This document shows, piece after piece, positions 47,597 through 57,124 of a stretch of 64,000 bases of DNA. The notes under the pieces are model-generated. The model saw only the letters and a list, made by a program, of their open reading frames with translations. It searched no databases and was not told the DNA's origin. The position numbers were made by a program, and so were the translations under genes. Positions within the stretch are counted from its first letter, which is position 1. Every line of letters begins with the position of its first letter. The stretch comes from a virus: IMG/VR virus record IMGVR_UViG_3300012359_000028, positions 1 to 64,000 of that record. The stretch is one strand, 5' to 3'.

Positions 47597-48022
47597 TCAT
47601 GATCGAAACTCCTCTCTGACCTTCATCAAGAGTTCTCCGAGCCGATTTTTTCCATATCCGTTGTAAACGCCCCAGTATGTATCACCCCACCAGTTTTTCT
47701 CAATCAATCGTTCATTATCGGTTTTAAGTAGTAGAGTTTTCAACTCGGGATCAGAAAATTTCGCTCGTAAAACTTCAAGCATGACTGTTTCTTTGATGGT
47801 GCTCCAATCAGGTTTAAGATGTTTCAGTTTTTTGGGACTCCCGAAATGCTTTGCTTTAGCCGGAGTAATCGAACAATAAATAGCTTCTCGTTCTGAATCA
47901 TCCGTTGTCTTTTCCGACTGGTAGACATGCTCAGCCGAAGGAAGCACCATTCCTTTCCACACAATCGGCCAGCAATAGAAGTTTGATAAAAATTCGTATT
48001 GCCCGTAAAATCCATTTATCAT
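47597..48022 (-). CDS. NADAR (YbiA-like) domain protein
   Basis: FLSNFY...SAEH.YQ..K...AK..G...W...K...M...LRAKF...L...LL.T....L.E....D.YWG...G.N.LG..LM.VR. Confidence 0.9.
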   Translation of the reverse strand: MINGFYGQYEFLSNFYCWPIVWKGMVLPSAEHVYQSEKTTDDSEREAIYCSITPAKAKHFGSPKKLKHLKPDWSTIKETVMLEVLRAKFSDPELKTLLLKTDNERLIEKNWWGDTYWGVYNGYGKNRLGELLMKVREEFRS

Positions 48023-48255
48023 GGATTGACACTCCCGCAGGGCGTACCGTGAAAACTTTTCATCATCTTATTCGTAATGTTTTTGGGATCGCCGAGAGGA
48101 ATAAGAACAAGAATCGGTTTAGGCCCTACTTCAATGATAACGCGAAAAGTTTGAGCAACACCTGCAAGTTCACCCGCAGGATCAAATGGCGTTAATGACT
48201 GGTCTTTTATTCCAATTAGAAACAAGACATCATTGTCTTTTATAAAATGTCTCAT
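48019..48255 (-). CDS. hypothetical protein
   Basis: ATGA-coupled on both sides. Confidence 0.55.
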   Translation of the reverse strand: MRHFIKDNDVLFLIGIKDQSLTPFDPAGELAGVAQTFRVIIEVGPKPILVLIPLGDPKNITNKMMKSFHGTPCGSVNP

Positions 48256-48686
48256 GATTGAAACTCCTGTTCTTCGGCTTGACGGCGGCGCAGCAGCCCG
48301 GCGACAACTTTACCGCCAGCGAGGTCCCACTTCTCGAATTCTTTGGCGGCTGTTTCGAACTGTCCTTCATCAACTAATTTCAGTAACGTACTCGACTGAA
48401 GATTTCCACTACCAAGATTGAATGTGAAGTCAACCAGGGCATCGAATTCTCCCTGCGTCAATATCACCTTCACGATATGGTTTACGAATGCCACGGCCCA
48501 GGCAATGTCAGCCGTGAGTAGAGCCTCGGCCTGTTGCGGCGTACAACTGTCACCCTCCTTTACACCGATTGTATGTCCGAAACCAATTGTTAGCCGTCCA
48601 ACCTGATCACGATAGGCAAGCAATCGGCACCCTTCAAAATTCTCAGTTAAAGCAATCCCTTCCTGCGAATATGTCATTTTTGGCAT
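48252..48686 (-). CDS. endolysin, GH24 (T4/P21-type) lysozyme
   Basis: FEGCRL.AYRD..G..TIGFGHT (E-D-T triad); FDALV.F.FNLG; GL.RRR..E. Confidence 0.92.
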   Translation of the reverse strand: MPKMTYSQEGIALTENFEGCRLLAYRDQVGRLTIGFGHTIGVKEGDSCTPQQAEALLTADIAWAVAFVNHIVKVILTQGEFDALVDFTFNLGSGNLQSSTLLKLVDEGQFETAAKEFEKWDLAGGKVVAGLLRRRQAEEQEFQS

Positions 48687-49111
48687 AATCTACACCCATC
48701 CTTTATAATTCCGCGATTTACGTGCCAACGAATATGAGCAATAGTTGCAGTTTGTCCACTATTTCGGGCTACGGCTGCGCCCAAGGAACTTATATTAGCC
48801 AGATGCGCTATGCGACTATCCGTCAGCCTCTTATTTTCGTTCGATTTACTTGGTGTAGCCCAACGAACATTTCCCGGTTCGTAGTTGCCATTGTTATTGA
48901 TGCGGTCGAGCAACATTTCTGCAAGTGGTTTTGTTCCTAATTCAGCATAAAATTGATCAAAATTCTTAAATAAAAATTTGATTCCTCTCCCCGCGTAGTC
49001 TAGATAGTCTTTATCTTCAGGATTGCAGGAACAGCGACGCTTCGCATTGATGTACGCCGTGTATTCAGGAGTCATCTTATGTTCTGGTCGCGGTGAATAT
49101 CGAATACTCAT
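48674..49111 (-). CDS. HNH homing endonuclease
   Basis: RC...Y..Y.GRGI...LDRINNNGNYEPGNVRWAT...N.N. Confidence 0.85.
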   Translation of the reverse strand: MSIRYSPRPEHKMTPEYTAYINAKRRCSCNPEDKDYLDYAGRGIKFLFKNFDQFYAELGTKPLAEMLLDRINNNGNYEPGNVRWATPSKSNENKRLTDSRIAHLANISSLGAAVARNSGQTATIAHIRWHVNRGIIKDGCRLCQK

Positions 49112-49251
49112 TTGAAAAATTCTCCGACCGAATGAAACCAGTGCTCGTTCTCAAGTTTGTGCGCAATTCGACTATGCGTTATCTTCCAGATGGCCCAGGC
49201 TAGTATGCTGAGCCCAAAGAATCCGGCCCCCTGACAAAAGCCGATCAACAT
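49108..49251 (-). CDS. small single-TM protein (47 aa, not in ORF track)
   Basis: MLIGFCQGAGFFGLSILAWAIWK...; ATGA overlap with the HNH gene. Confidence 0.5.
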   Translation of the reverse strand: MLIGFCQGAGFFGLSILAWAIWKITHSRIAHKLENEHWFHSVGEFFK

Positions 49252-49255
49252 TTCT

Positions 49256-49798
49256 CTAAGCACTGATATCCTCTTTCGAACGCCAGCCCTTAAAAATTGG
49301 AAAGCGTGGGCGATCTTTACTGCCAGTCGGAAAGTATTTGTATACCAGGATACGACCTTCCAGGCTCTTGCGTTGTCGCCACAATGCCGGTCGTTCGATC
49401 ACTGGGATAGTAGAAGAACTGACATCAAATTCAACTCCTGTCTTGACATCCTTGACATGGAACCCACCGAGCATTCCGGTCGGCACCATACTATCCAATG
49501 TATTATCATTCTCAGTCATGACAGCAGAAACAGTTCGGCGATAAGGGTCATGATTCGGCCTGCCAACAATCAGTTCTCCATCTACGCCGTCAGGCAAATG
49601 TGCTGTTATCTCTTGGGCTCGCGGACTCGGAATTGGTTTGAGAGTGCGGGACACCAGTTGTCCGTTCATTCTCAAAGCCCGGATGCCGTCCAACTTCGGA
49701 GAAACAAGTATGGGAAACGAAACTTTCGGTGCTTGTCCTTCTTCGGCTTCAGCCGTTGCGGCCAACATCGGCTTAACTTTAACGTTGCTATTTGCCAC
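49256..49798 (-). pseudogene. ATP-dependent DNA ligase with a large in-frame internal deletion
   Basis: KPMLA, motif I SPKLDGIRA, SR..KP, motif III DGEL and C-terminal PRFP present; motifs IIIa (FD), IV (EG) and V (K.K) absent; only about 180 aa. Confidence 0.75.
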
Positions 49799-49831
49799 GA
49801 TGGTTTCCTTTCTTGGGGCACCCTTCAACTA

Positions 49832-49861
49832 ATAGTACCAATGGAAGGATTCCTTTGTCAA
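49832..49861 (-). promoter_or_regulatory. sigma70-type promoter
   Basis: TTGACA-N18-TACTAT with extended TG. Confidence 0.6.
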
Positions 49862-49951
49862 GTGCTTTGCGGCACTGCTTGCAGACAATCCAGTCAATAC
49901 GTTTGCCTACATACAATGCCGCATGCTTGTAGAATACGCAGAGCCGTTTCA

Positions 49952-51160
49952 TTAGACCTTGTTACCTTCTCCAATATCGTGACCGTCCGGGTATGTCTTG
50001 TAATCAGATTCGATTTGCTTGACACCATCTGTCATCGTCGTAGCATCATAAACAACCCATTTCGGGCCGTCACCGGCTGCGTTGCCATTATCGTCAGTGA
50101 GAAACAGCGCGACATCATACGTGCCCTCTTTAGAGCCATTACGATATGCGCCGATCAGAGCATGATCCGCTGCGAACGAATTTAATTCATTCATGGCTGC
50201 TTCAAATTCCGCACTGGTCTCGGGAGTAAATAGCGCGTTCTTTACTTTGGGCTCATCCTGAAACATTTCATCCTTTCCTTTTGGATTCGTCAGAAAATTG
50301 TGTTCGAGAGCCTTTACAGCCATCAGCGGCTTTGGATAGCCTTCATTATTCCAGCCAATAACTTCTGTACTGTGAGCGGGGCCAAAATAATAGAATCGAG
50401 CAAACCAAGGTCCTCCTACTTCTTCACGACCGAATACAGCCCAGTCGATTTTCGTATCATGCGCCCTTGCAAAGTCGTCTAGCTCTTTGTCGGCTGCATC
50501 GATCTCTTCGGGAGTCGCGTCATTGTCTCCGACTGCAAAGGAAGCGCGCTGAAGCCGAGCCTCATTCTGATCATCTTTCTCGACAACTGGACAGAGTAAT
50601 GAAAGCGGCTTGACATATAGCCATGGGTCTACCTTTGGGTTTGGGTCATCACCTGCCCGAATGGCATACAAGGCAAATCGCGTCCCGTCGAGATAAATCA
50701 TAACGAGACCCTCAAGGGTTGTTGACATCGCGTGCTCCGCAGGTATACTCGGCTCTACCTGGATGTATAAATTCGGATTCGTAATGACAAGAATTACTTC
50801 GTGTCCATCGTCAATAAATCCGAGTGTTTGAAAATCAAAGGGCTTGATCTGAGCAGGCGGGTTATCGACCGGCTCGATAGCCAACATGCGAAACACGGGA
50901 GCCAGTTTCACGGCATCTTTTCCCGCATCCGGGTCAGGGATCGAATCGATACGGATGTTAAATTTAAGCCCATACGGACGCTCTACACGCGAGTCGCATG
51001 CGACGGCATTGAATTCCCCGAGAAAAGGTTGGGCTTTCGTTTTTACTTCTGTCTGAGGTACTTCCGGGATTTGTTCGCCCTGATCTTGTGCCGCCACGCA
51101 TACTGCTTGGGTCGCGAACAAGATTGCCGTAAACAGAACGGCGAGAATGTACTTTCTCAT
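49952..51160 (-). CDS. exported protein with a duplicated C-terminal domain
   Basis: GGGAG RBS; signal peptide MRKYILAVLFTAILFATQAVCVAA; repeats EIDAADKELDDFA and EFEAAMNELNSFA. Confidence 0.7.
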   Translation of the reverse strand: MRKYILAVLFTAILFATQAVCVAAQDQGEQIPEVPQTEVKTKAQPFLGEFNAVACDSRVERPYGLKFNIRIDSIPDPDAGKDAVKLAPVFRMLAIEPVDNPPAQIKPFDFQTLGFIDDGHEVILVITNPNLYIQVEPSIPAEHAMSTTLEGLVMIYLDGTRFALYAIRAGDDPNPKVDPWLYVKPLSLLCPVVEKDDQNEARLQRASFAVGDNDATPEEIDAADKELDDFARAHDTKIDWAVFGREEVGGPWFARFYYFGPAHSTEVIGWNNEGYPKPLMAVKALEHNFLTNPKGKDEMFQDEPKVKNALFTPETSAEFEAAMNELNSFAADHALIGAYRNGSKEGTYDVALFLTDDNGNAAGDGPKWVVYDATTMTDGVKQIESDYKTYPDGHDIGEGNKV

Positions 51161-51170
51161 TGTGTTCTCC

Positions 51171-51740
51171 CTATTTGATTGCGGTCGCAAGCACCGCTTG
51201 CCTGATTTCTTCTTTCTGACTGAACCGAAAAACTTTGTGACTATCCCCAAAAACATCGATCATAAAATGAATCATCTTGTTTTCGAGTTCCTGAGCATCA
51301 CTCTCATTCTGGTAGCGGCCCTCTCGTTCATATATCGCGTCTTTATCCTTCAAAAGCAGAATGTTTAGAGCCGGATAGTCTTGCTCATATTCTCGAATCA
51401 GTTCAGCGATGCCGCGCTTTAGATCATGCGGTGCATAGAAGACACTGAGCCAGATTGGAGAATCGGTCACAATGTTCTTCACACCTGCTTTCAGAAGTTC
51501 GTACTCTATATGATGCTGCTTGCCGAAAATGTAAATCTGATCGAACTGTTGAATTGGCCGGTGTTCCAGAGTCCATCCTTTCACCCATTCTTGCGCTAAC
51601 TCCGCATTGAAATGCTCAAAACGCAATTGCGAGTGAATCCATGAAGCCATATTGGATTTGCCACGGCCGGGAGCGCCAAAGAAATTGATGCGAAGTTGTT
51701 TATTAAAGAATTGCTGATCAGGCATGTGGGCATCCTTCAT
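51171..51740 (-). CDS. P-loop nucleotide kinase (NadR/AAA_28-like)
   Basis: INFFGAPGRGKS, E.VK, VTDSP, GRYQ motifs. Confidence 0.8.
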   Translation of the reverse strand: MKDAHMPDQQFFNKQLRINFFGAPGRGKSNMASWIHSQLRFEHFNAELAQEWVKGWTLEHRPIQQFDQIYIFGKQHHIEYELLKAGVKNIVTDSPIWLSVFYAPHDLKRGIAELIREYEQDYPALNILLLKDKDAIYEREGRYQNESDAQELENKMIHFMIDVFGDSHKVFRFSQKEEIRQAVLATAIK

Positions 51741-52032
51741 CGGCCATACGGTCCAGTTCGTGTTGATGTTCTGGCACTCTCATAGCCGCCAAAGCCTCAG
51801 CAGCCTCTGCACGCTTCAATAATCCAGCACATGCTGGCCCAAGGGTAAGAACAGCATCATGTTCTTGGTCATATGCCGCCAAGAGTTTATCGACCCGGCT
51901 CATGTCACCGATGAACAGTCCGGCGACGCGATTGTCTCGAATTGCCTTGATCGCTTCCTCCGTTGTTTCAACATGGATTTCTTTCTTAACCTTTCCCATA
52001 CTTGCTCGGGCGGTCTTGCTTAGTTCAGCCAT
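51718..52032 (-). CDS. hypothetical protein
   Basis: TAATG coupling to the RNA ligase gene. Confidence 0.6.
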   Translation of the reverse strand: MAELSKTARASMGKVKKEIHVETTEEAIKAIRDNRVAGLFIGDMSRVDKLLAAYDQEHDAVLTLGPACAGLLKRAEAAEALAAMRVPEHQHELDRMADEGCPHA

Positions 52033-52607
52033 TATTCACCCTTCCCTTTCTCATCTTTTTCGATTGTCTTTTTGAACAACTGTTTTGTGCTGTGATGGTA
52101 GATTACAATTCCTTCCGGTTTGGCAAAGCCCGGCACAGCATGAGAACCGCCTTCTTTCAGTTCATTAAGTATCATTGTTATAACTGAGGAATCAAAAAGT
52201 CCCTCATATAGAACCGGCACAACATGACAGCATGCCGGATAGTTGTTATTGTTCCATCGGCCGGTATTGAAAAGACTAAATCTCTTTTCAATCAGTCCAT
52301 ACCGGCGTTGGATACCAGCGCCCCACCATTCTCCAAAATGATGACCGGGGCCGAGTTGAAGGAGTTCTTCTTTGTGCTCGTGCGCCCATCGAGAGAACCC
52401 ATAATTGTCGTCAGTCGGCGTGATCCAACGGGTCCGCGAACCTGTAAGAAAGAGGCCGTCTCCGGCTCTGCCTGCGATTTGTTCGCCAATATAGATACTG
52501 GAGTTGGTGCCGTCAATTTTCTCCGTGACCGTACAGTCTCGGCTGAGCCGACCGATTTTCGGCATGGGTTCAAACTTCGGTACTTCCAAATCCATTATCG
52601 TATCCAT
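52032..52607 (-). CDS. ATP-dependent RNA ligase (Rnl2-like nucleotidyltransferase)
   Basis: Motif I TEKIDGTN, GSR, FGEWWG.GIQ, F.LFN, VPVLYEG, motif IV PEGIV, terminal FKK. Confidence 0.85.
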   Translation of the reverse strand: MDTIMDLEVPKFEPMPKIGRLSRDCTVTEKIDGTNSSIYIGEQIAGRAGDGLFLTGSRTRWITPTDDNYGFSRWAHEHKEELLQLGPGHHFGEWWGAGIQRRYGLIEKRFSLFNTGRWNNNNYPACCHVVPVLYEGLFDSSVITMILNELKEGGSHAVPGFAKPEGIVIYHHSTKQLFKKTIEKDEKGKGE

Positions 52608-52724
52608 CCTTGTCCAATCACGAAGGTCTGTTTTGGTCTCTTGGTATTTTTCTTGTGCCGATCTTCCTGTTGCTGCGCGGCGCTCTGCTCGTTCTTACGT
52701 TCGTACGGGCGTTTCTTTTGTTTT

Positions 52725-52997
52725 TTATTGCTCTCGTCCCGCATACTGACCTTTCCGCAGCCACTCAGCCATCCAGGCTGCTTTTTGATTGAGAACACTT
52801 CCCGGCATAGGCTTCCCAGTATATCGAGTATGCTTGCCTCGGCCCGTCCACCCCAGAAAACGTACAACATGAAGAGATGTTGAAGGGGCCGTGGAGTCGA
52901 GTAGATTGGCGCTTTGATTGTGGGGATAATCGAAAACGCCGCGATACCTCAATGGATTAGCAATTGATGCCATTAGTTTACCTTTCTGCCGCCACAT
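52725..52997 (-). CDS. hypothetical protein
   Basis: ORF in the early array; start probably at MASIANP. Confidence 0.45.
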   Translation of the reverse strand: MWRQKGKLMASIANPLRYRGVFDYPHNQSANLLDSTAPSTSLHVVRFLGWTGRGKHTRYTGKPMPGSVLNQKAAWMAEWLRKGQYAGREQ

Positions 52998-53227
52998 TCC
53001 ATAGTGACAGCGGGGCCGCGAATTTCAGTCTGATACACTTGATTTTTGAATTCGTCATTTCCGTTCGGAAAAACTTCAATCCGAACGTGACGCTTGCAAG
53101 TAATGCAGCACGCAATTCGAATAGCACCACCACAAAAATTCTCCCAGTTCCCGAGTGTATGCAGATTGAGGATCGCCTGTTCCTCGGCTTCGGCCATCAA
53201 TTGCGCCTCAATTCCGGTCGTGTCCAT
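52973..53227 (-). CDS. small Cys/His-containing protein
   Basis: AAAGGA RBS; H...C..C...C pattern. Confidence 0.55.
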   Translation of the reverse strand: MDTTGIEAQLMAEAEEQAILNLHTLGNWENFCGGAIRIACCITCKRHVRIEVFPNGNDEFKNQVYQTEIRGPAVTMECGGRKVN

Positions 53228-53516
53228 TTGGTTTCCTTTCGTATGCCGTATGGAAGCCGAATTGAACTGAATTGGGTCCGTAAAGAGGGGCCACGGTACG
53301 AGCGATCAGTTTGCGTAATTCCGCAGCACTAATGTGCCCAGAGTGTTCGGAAATTTCGATGTTATTGCTGGCAAAGCCTGGTATAGTCAGCCAGAAAGCA
53401 AAAGTCATGATGGTGTTGCCGGGTATTGCCCGAATGGCCGAAGCAACTTTTCGGCGCATTTCACTTACTGTCATGATTGCGCCGTTTGTTCCGATCTCGA
53501 TATGGAGTTTTGACAT
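53208..53516 (-). CDS. hypothetical protein, probably leaderless
   Basis: ATG lies 6 nt after a -10 box; no SD. Confidence 0.55.
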   Translation of the reverse strand: MSKLHIEIGTNGAIMTVSEMRRKVASAIRAIPGNTIMTFAFWLTIPGFASNNIEISEHSGHISAAELRKLIARTVAPLYGPNSVQFGFHTAYERKPNGHDRN

Positions 53517-53522
53517 GGGCTG

Positions 53523-53552
53523 ATCCTACTAGGGTTCCTACTAGTTTGTCAA
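53523..53552 (-). promoter_or_regulatory. sigma70-type promoter (leaderless) containing a CTAGTAGGA direct repeat
   Basis: TTGACA-N18-TAGGAT-N6-ATG. Confidence 0.65.
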
Positions 53553-54535
53553 GCACTAAATTTCATCGGCGCAAAAAATACTCTATCGGAATTCCCGCTT
53601 GAAAAAATTGTCCGGCCAAGGATTGCATCAATTAGTGCTCGACCTTCCTCAATACTCAATTGGAATCCGGCTGCTTTTTGATGACCGCCTCCACCTTTTG
53701 CTTGAGCTAATTTACTTGCATCAACACCCTTATGGGCTCGCAATCCAAATTGAATAAGTCCGTCTTCACGTTCGAACCATCCGATTGCAACATCTATGCC
53801 GGGCCAGTCCGCAAGTTCTCCGCCAAGTTCGCTAAAATTGGTGTTTAGCCCGTTAATGACAGCGACTTGATATTCGTGGACGAATCCTTCCTTATCGATA
53901 AAAAGAAGTTTGCCTGTCTGCGCATGACGGGTGCCTTCGCGTACATAATGTTCAATCTGGCGCAGCGCTCCGGCTCCATATTCAGCAGCCGAGTCCGATT
54001 CAATGCCTGCAACCATAAAATCCCAAACTCGAAAATCTTTTTGTACAGCCCCAAGATACGCATTGATTGCTTGACTCTTCGGCAGTTTCCAGAGCCACAA
54101 ATCGCGGTCTTCCACATAATTGACATACCAGGGGCGCGGCATTCGTGAACAATTTTCGCAGCAAGCAAAATCAGTTTCTTTAACTAGGCGACCATCATCG
54201 GGCGAATCTTTGCCAAATAGATAATCCCATGCTAATCCAGCACCACTTCGATTCATATCAAATGTAGCGAATGACAGCCCGGCAAGAACTTCCTGGGCGC
54301 TTTTATGATGGTCGAGAATGCGGAATGACTTCGCTCGGCGAGCAAGTTCACAATTTTCGAGAGAAGTGTTCCAACTAAAATCTACAACGAAAACATTTTT
54401 GCCCTCCACCTCAGCATACGGCGGCTCGACACCGTAATCCTGCGCCAGTAACGTTGCTTCAGGCCAGCGCTGGTGGGCGACATAGGCCGCGCAGAACCCG
54501 TCAGTGCAATTATTGTGATAGATGATTAAGTCCAT
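53549..54535 (-). CDS. DHH/DHHA1 phosphoesterase
   Basis: YH..C.DG, VVDFS, LDHH, SGA, DRDLW, GGGGH..AAG. Confidence 0.9.
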   Translation of the reverse strand: MDLIIYHNNCTDGFCAAYVAHQRWPEATLLAQDYGVEPPYAEVEGKNVFVVDFSWNTSLENCELARRAKSFRILDHHKSAQEVLAGLSFATFDMNRSGAGLAWDYLFGKDSPDDGRLVKETDFACCENCSRMPRPWYVNYVEDRDLWLWKLPKSQAINAYLGAVQKDFRVWDFMVAGIESDSAAEYGAGALRQIEHYVREGTRHAQTGKLLFIDKEGFVHEYQVAVINGLNTNFSELGGELADWPGIDVAIGWFEREDGLIQFGLRAHKGVDASKLAQAKGGGGHQKAAGFQLSIEEGRALIDAILGRTIFSSGNSDRVFFAPMKFSA

Positions 54536-54617
54536 AGCGTTTCCTCAAATAAAAATTGATTTGATCTGCCATAGAAAGAGCCGCAATCATTGCGAGTCCC
54601 AAAATTATCAGAGGCAT

Positions 54618-54944
54618 TTACTCTTCAATCTGTGTAGGAAACGCCATTGGTTCCGGGCCGCCAGCAAATTTGATCGCATCAAAGGGATTCAGGCACTTCG
54701 GAATTTCTGATGGGGTTGTCACCGGATTTTCCAAATCATCCCAATAGGCATGCCGAATGTATGATTCAAGAATAGAGCACCGAATCTTATACTTCTTTAA
54801 TTCGACCAGAAGCACATCTATTGCCCTCTTCGCATTATCAATAACAAGTGCGGAAGACTGCTTGTCGGATTCGGCTCGGAAAAGTTCGGTTTTCAGTATT
54901 TCGATGTCGCGCTTGCGTGCTCGATAGGCTTTGACTGACGGCAT
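54618..54944 (-). CDS. hypothetical coiled-coil protein
   Basis: GAGGAG RBS. Confidence 0.6.
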   Translation of the reverse strand: MPSVKAYRARKRDIEILKTELFRAESDKQSSALVIDNAKRAIDVLLVELKKYKIRCSILESYIRHAYWDDLENPVTTPSEIPKCLNPFDAIKFAGGPEPMAFPTQIEE

Positions 54945-54946
54945 GG

Positions 54947-55135
54947 CTACTCCTCAAAAATCTCTTCGTAATTTTGACTCAGAAATACACGTAATGCGGC
55001 TCGAATCATAACTTCGGCTCGATCACTGGCGTCTGCATCCGTTTGACAGACACAGTTGTCCCCAACTCCGCCAATGAACCTTCCCATGATATGGTCAATA
55101 AGTTTTTCGATCTTTTGGGCTGGACCTAGACTCAT
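54947..55135 (-). CDS. hypothetical protein
   Basis: GGAGG RBS and ATGA coupling at MSLGPAQ. Confidence 0.55.
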   Translation of the reverse strand: MSLGPAQKIEKLIDHIMGRFIGGVGDNCVCQTDADASDRAEVMIRAALRVFLSQNYEEIFEE

Positions 55136-55632
55136 CGTGAACCTCCCGGCAATAGACCCCAATTTATACGACGACTGATATCCTGCATATGTTTGTGTAA
55201 CACTCGCGCAGCAATCCACTGTTTACGCAGAATAATTGCAGCACGTCGCTGAGCACGTCGAATCAGTCGGTCCCCCTCTTCATGGAAATAGGGCGCAATG
55301 TCTTGAGTATATATTTTTTCAGCTAGGTTGGCAAACTGACGGATTCGAGAATTGTGATGCGGATGAATACGCTGTTTTTTGAATGCCACAGAACGAGAAG
55401 GGATTTTAATATCACCAAATTTTTGCTCACCATGAGCACGGCTAAGTTTGGCGAGCGAATCGCCTTCACGATGACGACGGCCACACAGACGACAATCAAT
55501 CATTTTGCCGAGGTCTTCATGACGCTGACTGAAACTACGCTCGGCAAATGCTTCGGCAAATTTCTTGACTGCTTCGGTTAATTCTGGAGTTGCAACTACG
55601 CTTTCATTCACTACATCATCCATCGGTTCCAT
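55132..55632 (-). CDS. hypothetical protein with CxxC...H motif
   Basis: AAAGGA RBS; CRLCGRRH. Confidence 0.65.
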   Translation of the reverse strand: MEPMDDVVNESVVATPELTEAVKKFAEAFAERSFSQRHEDLGKMIDCRLCGRRHREGDSLAKLSRAHGEQKFGDIKIPSRSVAFKKQRIHPHHNSRIRQFANLAEKIYTQDIAPYFHEEGDRLIRRAQRRAAIILRKQWIAARVLHKHMQDISRRINWGLLPGGSR

Positions 55633-55648
55633 TGAGGTCCTTTCTTAA

Positions 55649-56372
55649 CTACACGACTGCTTGACCATAATCATATCGGCGGCCTTGAGCATCGTGAGTC
55701 ATATCTCCGGGAACATCCACCGGTTCTAGTGTAAACGAAATTGTCTTCTCTTTCAAGGGTTTTCCTTGAGGCTTTCCGTAAAGTTCCAGTCGGTTAATTT
55801 GGCCGTATTCCTCAACACGCTCTTGATCGTATTTGCTACCGATAGCTGCACGAACAATATGCCCGAGACGATTCGGCCCGGAGGCTGGATTTGGCCCTTC
55901 TAACGTTGCAACGCGGGGCGTCTTTTTGTGCAATGCTAAATTATAGTGGCCCTCTTCATCAGCAGAACCCACCATAATGATAGTGCCGCCCGGAGTGGGC
56001 TTCTGATGTTTGCTAAGTTCCTCCCAAAAGACTTCGGGATTCTCATAGCCTCGCCCGTTGCAATTCTTACACAGTTTCTTTTTTGCTTCACTTAGTCTAG
56101 CACAGATCGGACAAATTTTGACAAAATTCTTATCGGCCAGTGTTTTCAACGGAGGGTTAAACCGGCCACGTTCAGGGTTGAACTTCCCGATTTCCGCAGG
56201 GCTTTCAACTCTCGTCCGGCTAAGGATTAGCCAGTCGGCGCGACCTTCGGCAACTTTCTGCTCAGCCTCTTGAAACGTAATCCATTTACGACACTTGCAT
56301 CTGGAGGGATTGATTTGTTCTCCGAGATGCTGCTTGAAACAGAAATGTACCTTAACGGTTTGATCGCGGCTC
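55649..56372 (-). CDS. hypothetical Zn-finger protein
   Basis: AAGGA RBS before MSRDQ; HFC...C.C and CPIC...CKNCNGRG. Confidence 0.65.
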
Positions 56373-56918
56373 ATTGATATCGTCCTTGATAGAAGCCGCA
56401 GTAGTGTCACGAATTTTTCTTGGACGACCAATCTTATGACTTTCTAGAATGCCGGAACCGTTCGAACGTAGTCCATGGGCAGCCCACTTCAAATCTCGTA
56501 TAATCATTTTAACTTTATTCACTGTCCAGAATATAGGGATATTTTCATTTCCTATCTTGACCATATTTAATTCGCAAACAATTTGTCCTTGCGTCAAACT
56601 TCGATTCCAATACAAGTAGGCAATATACACCCATCGAGAAGCCAGCCATCGTTGATGATACGGACATCGACAATAACGATGATTGTTAGAACAGGGAATG
56701 ATTGTCTCACGCATTCGTGGAAAAGATCGCAATAAAATTTTCCGCAGTGATCGTGACTTAAGTGCCCACTCAGGGGTTGCTCGACTCCCTCTCTTTCCCC
56801 CACTTCTACGCAGTCCTCCAATTCGAAATGCCATACGAATCGGATCATCGGAATCGAAACTCTGGCGAAGTTTACTGTTGATCGCCGGAAGATTTTCTTT
56901 CAGAGTATTATAACTCAC
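56352..56918 (-). CDS. putative DNA-binding protein
   Basis: GTG start coupled to the upstream stop; HTH-like LTQGQIVCEL...TVNKVKMII and GRPRK. Confidence 0.55.
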   Translation of the reverse strand: MSYNTLKENLPAINSKLRQSFDSDDPIRMAFRIGGLRRSGGKRGSRATPEWALKSRSLRKILLRSFPRMRETIIPCSNNHRYCRCPYHQRWLASRWVYIAYLYWNRSLTQGQIVCELNMVKIGNENIPIFWTVNKVKMIIRDLKWAAHGLRSNGSGILESHKIGRPRKIRDTTAASIKDDINEPRSNR

Positions 56919-57124
56919 TCTTCAACCTCGTGATTTATTATGAAACCTTCTTTCGCGGCTTCTTCTTCGGTTAATGTAGGATGACCCTTAGCAAATTGGC
57001 GAGCCGCATATTCGGATTCCGCAAAAACATCCTGAATTCGAGCACCACGATCCATACCAAGATTTTCTGATTTCAAAACTTCTTCCCAATACTTTGGGTC
57101 TATATTCTCTATATCATTTTTCAT
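56915..57124 (-). CDS. small acidic hypothetical protein
   Basis: ATGA coupling; W...L.SE.LG motif. Confidence 0.6.
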   Translation of the reverse strand: MKNDIENIDPKYWEEVLKSENLGMDRGARIQDVFAESEYAARQFAKGHPTLTEEEAAKEGFIINHEVEE

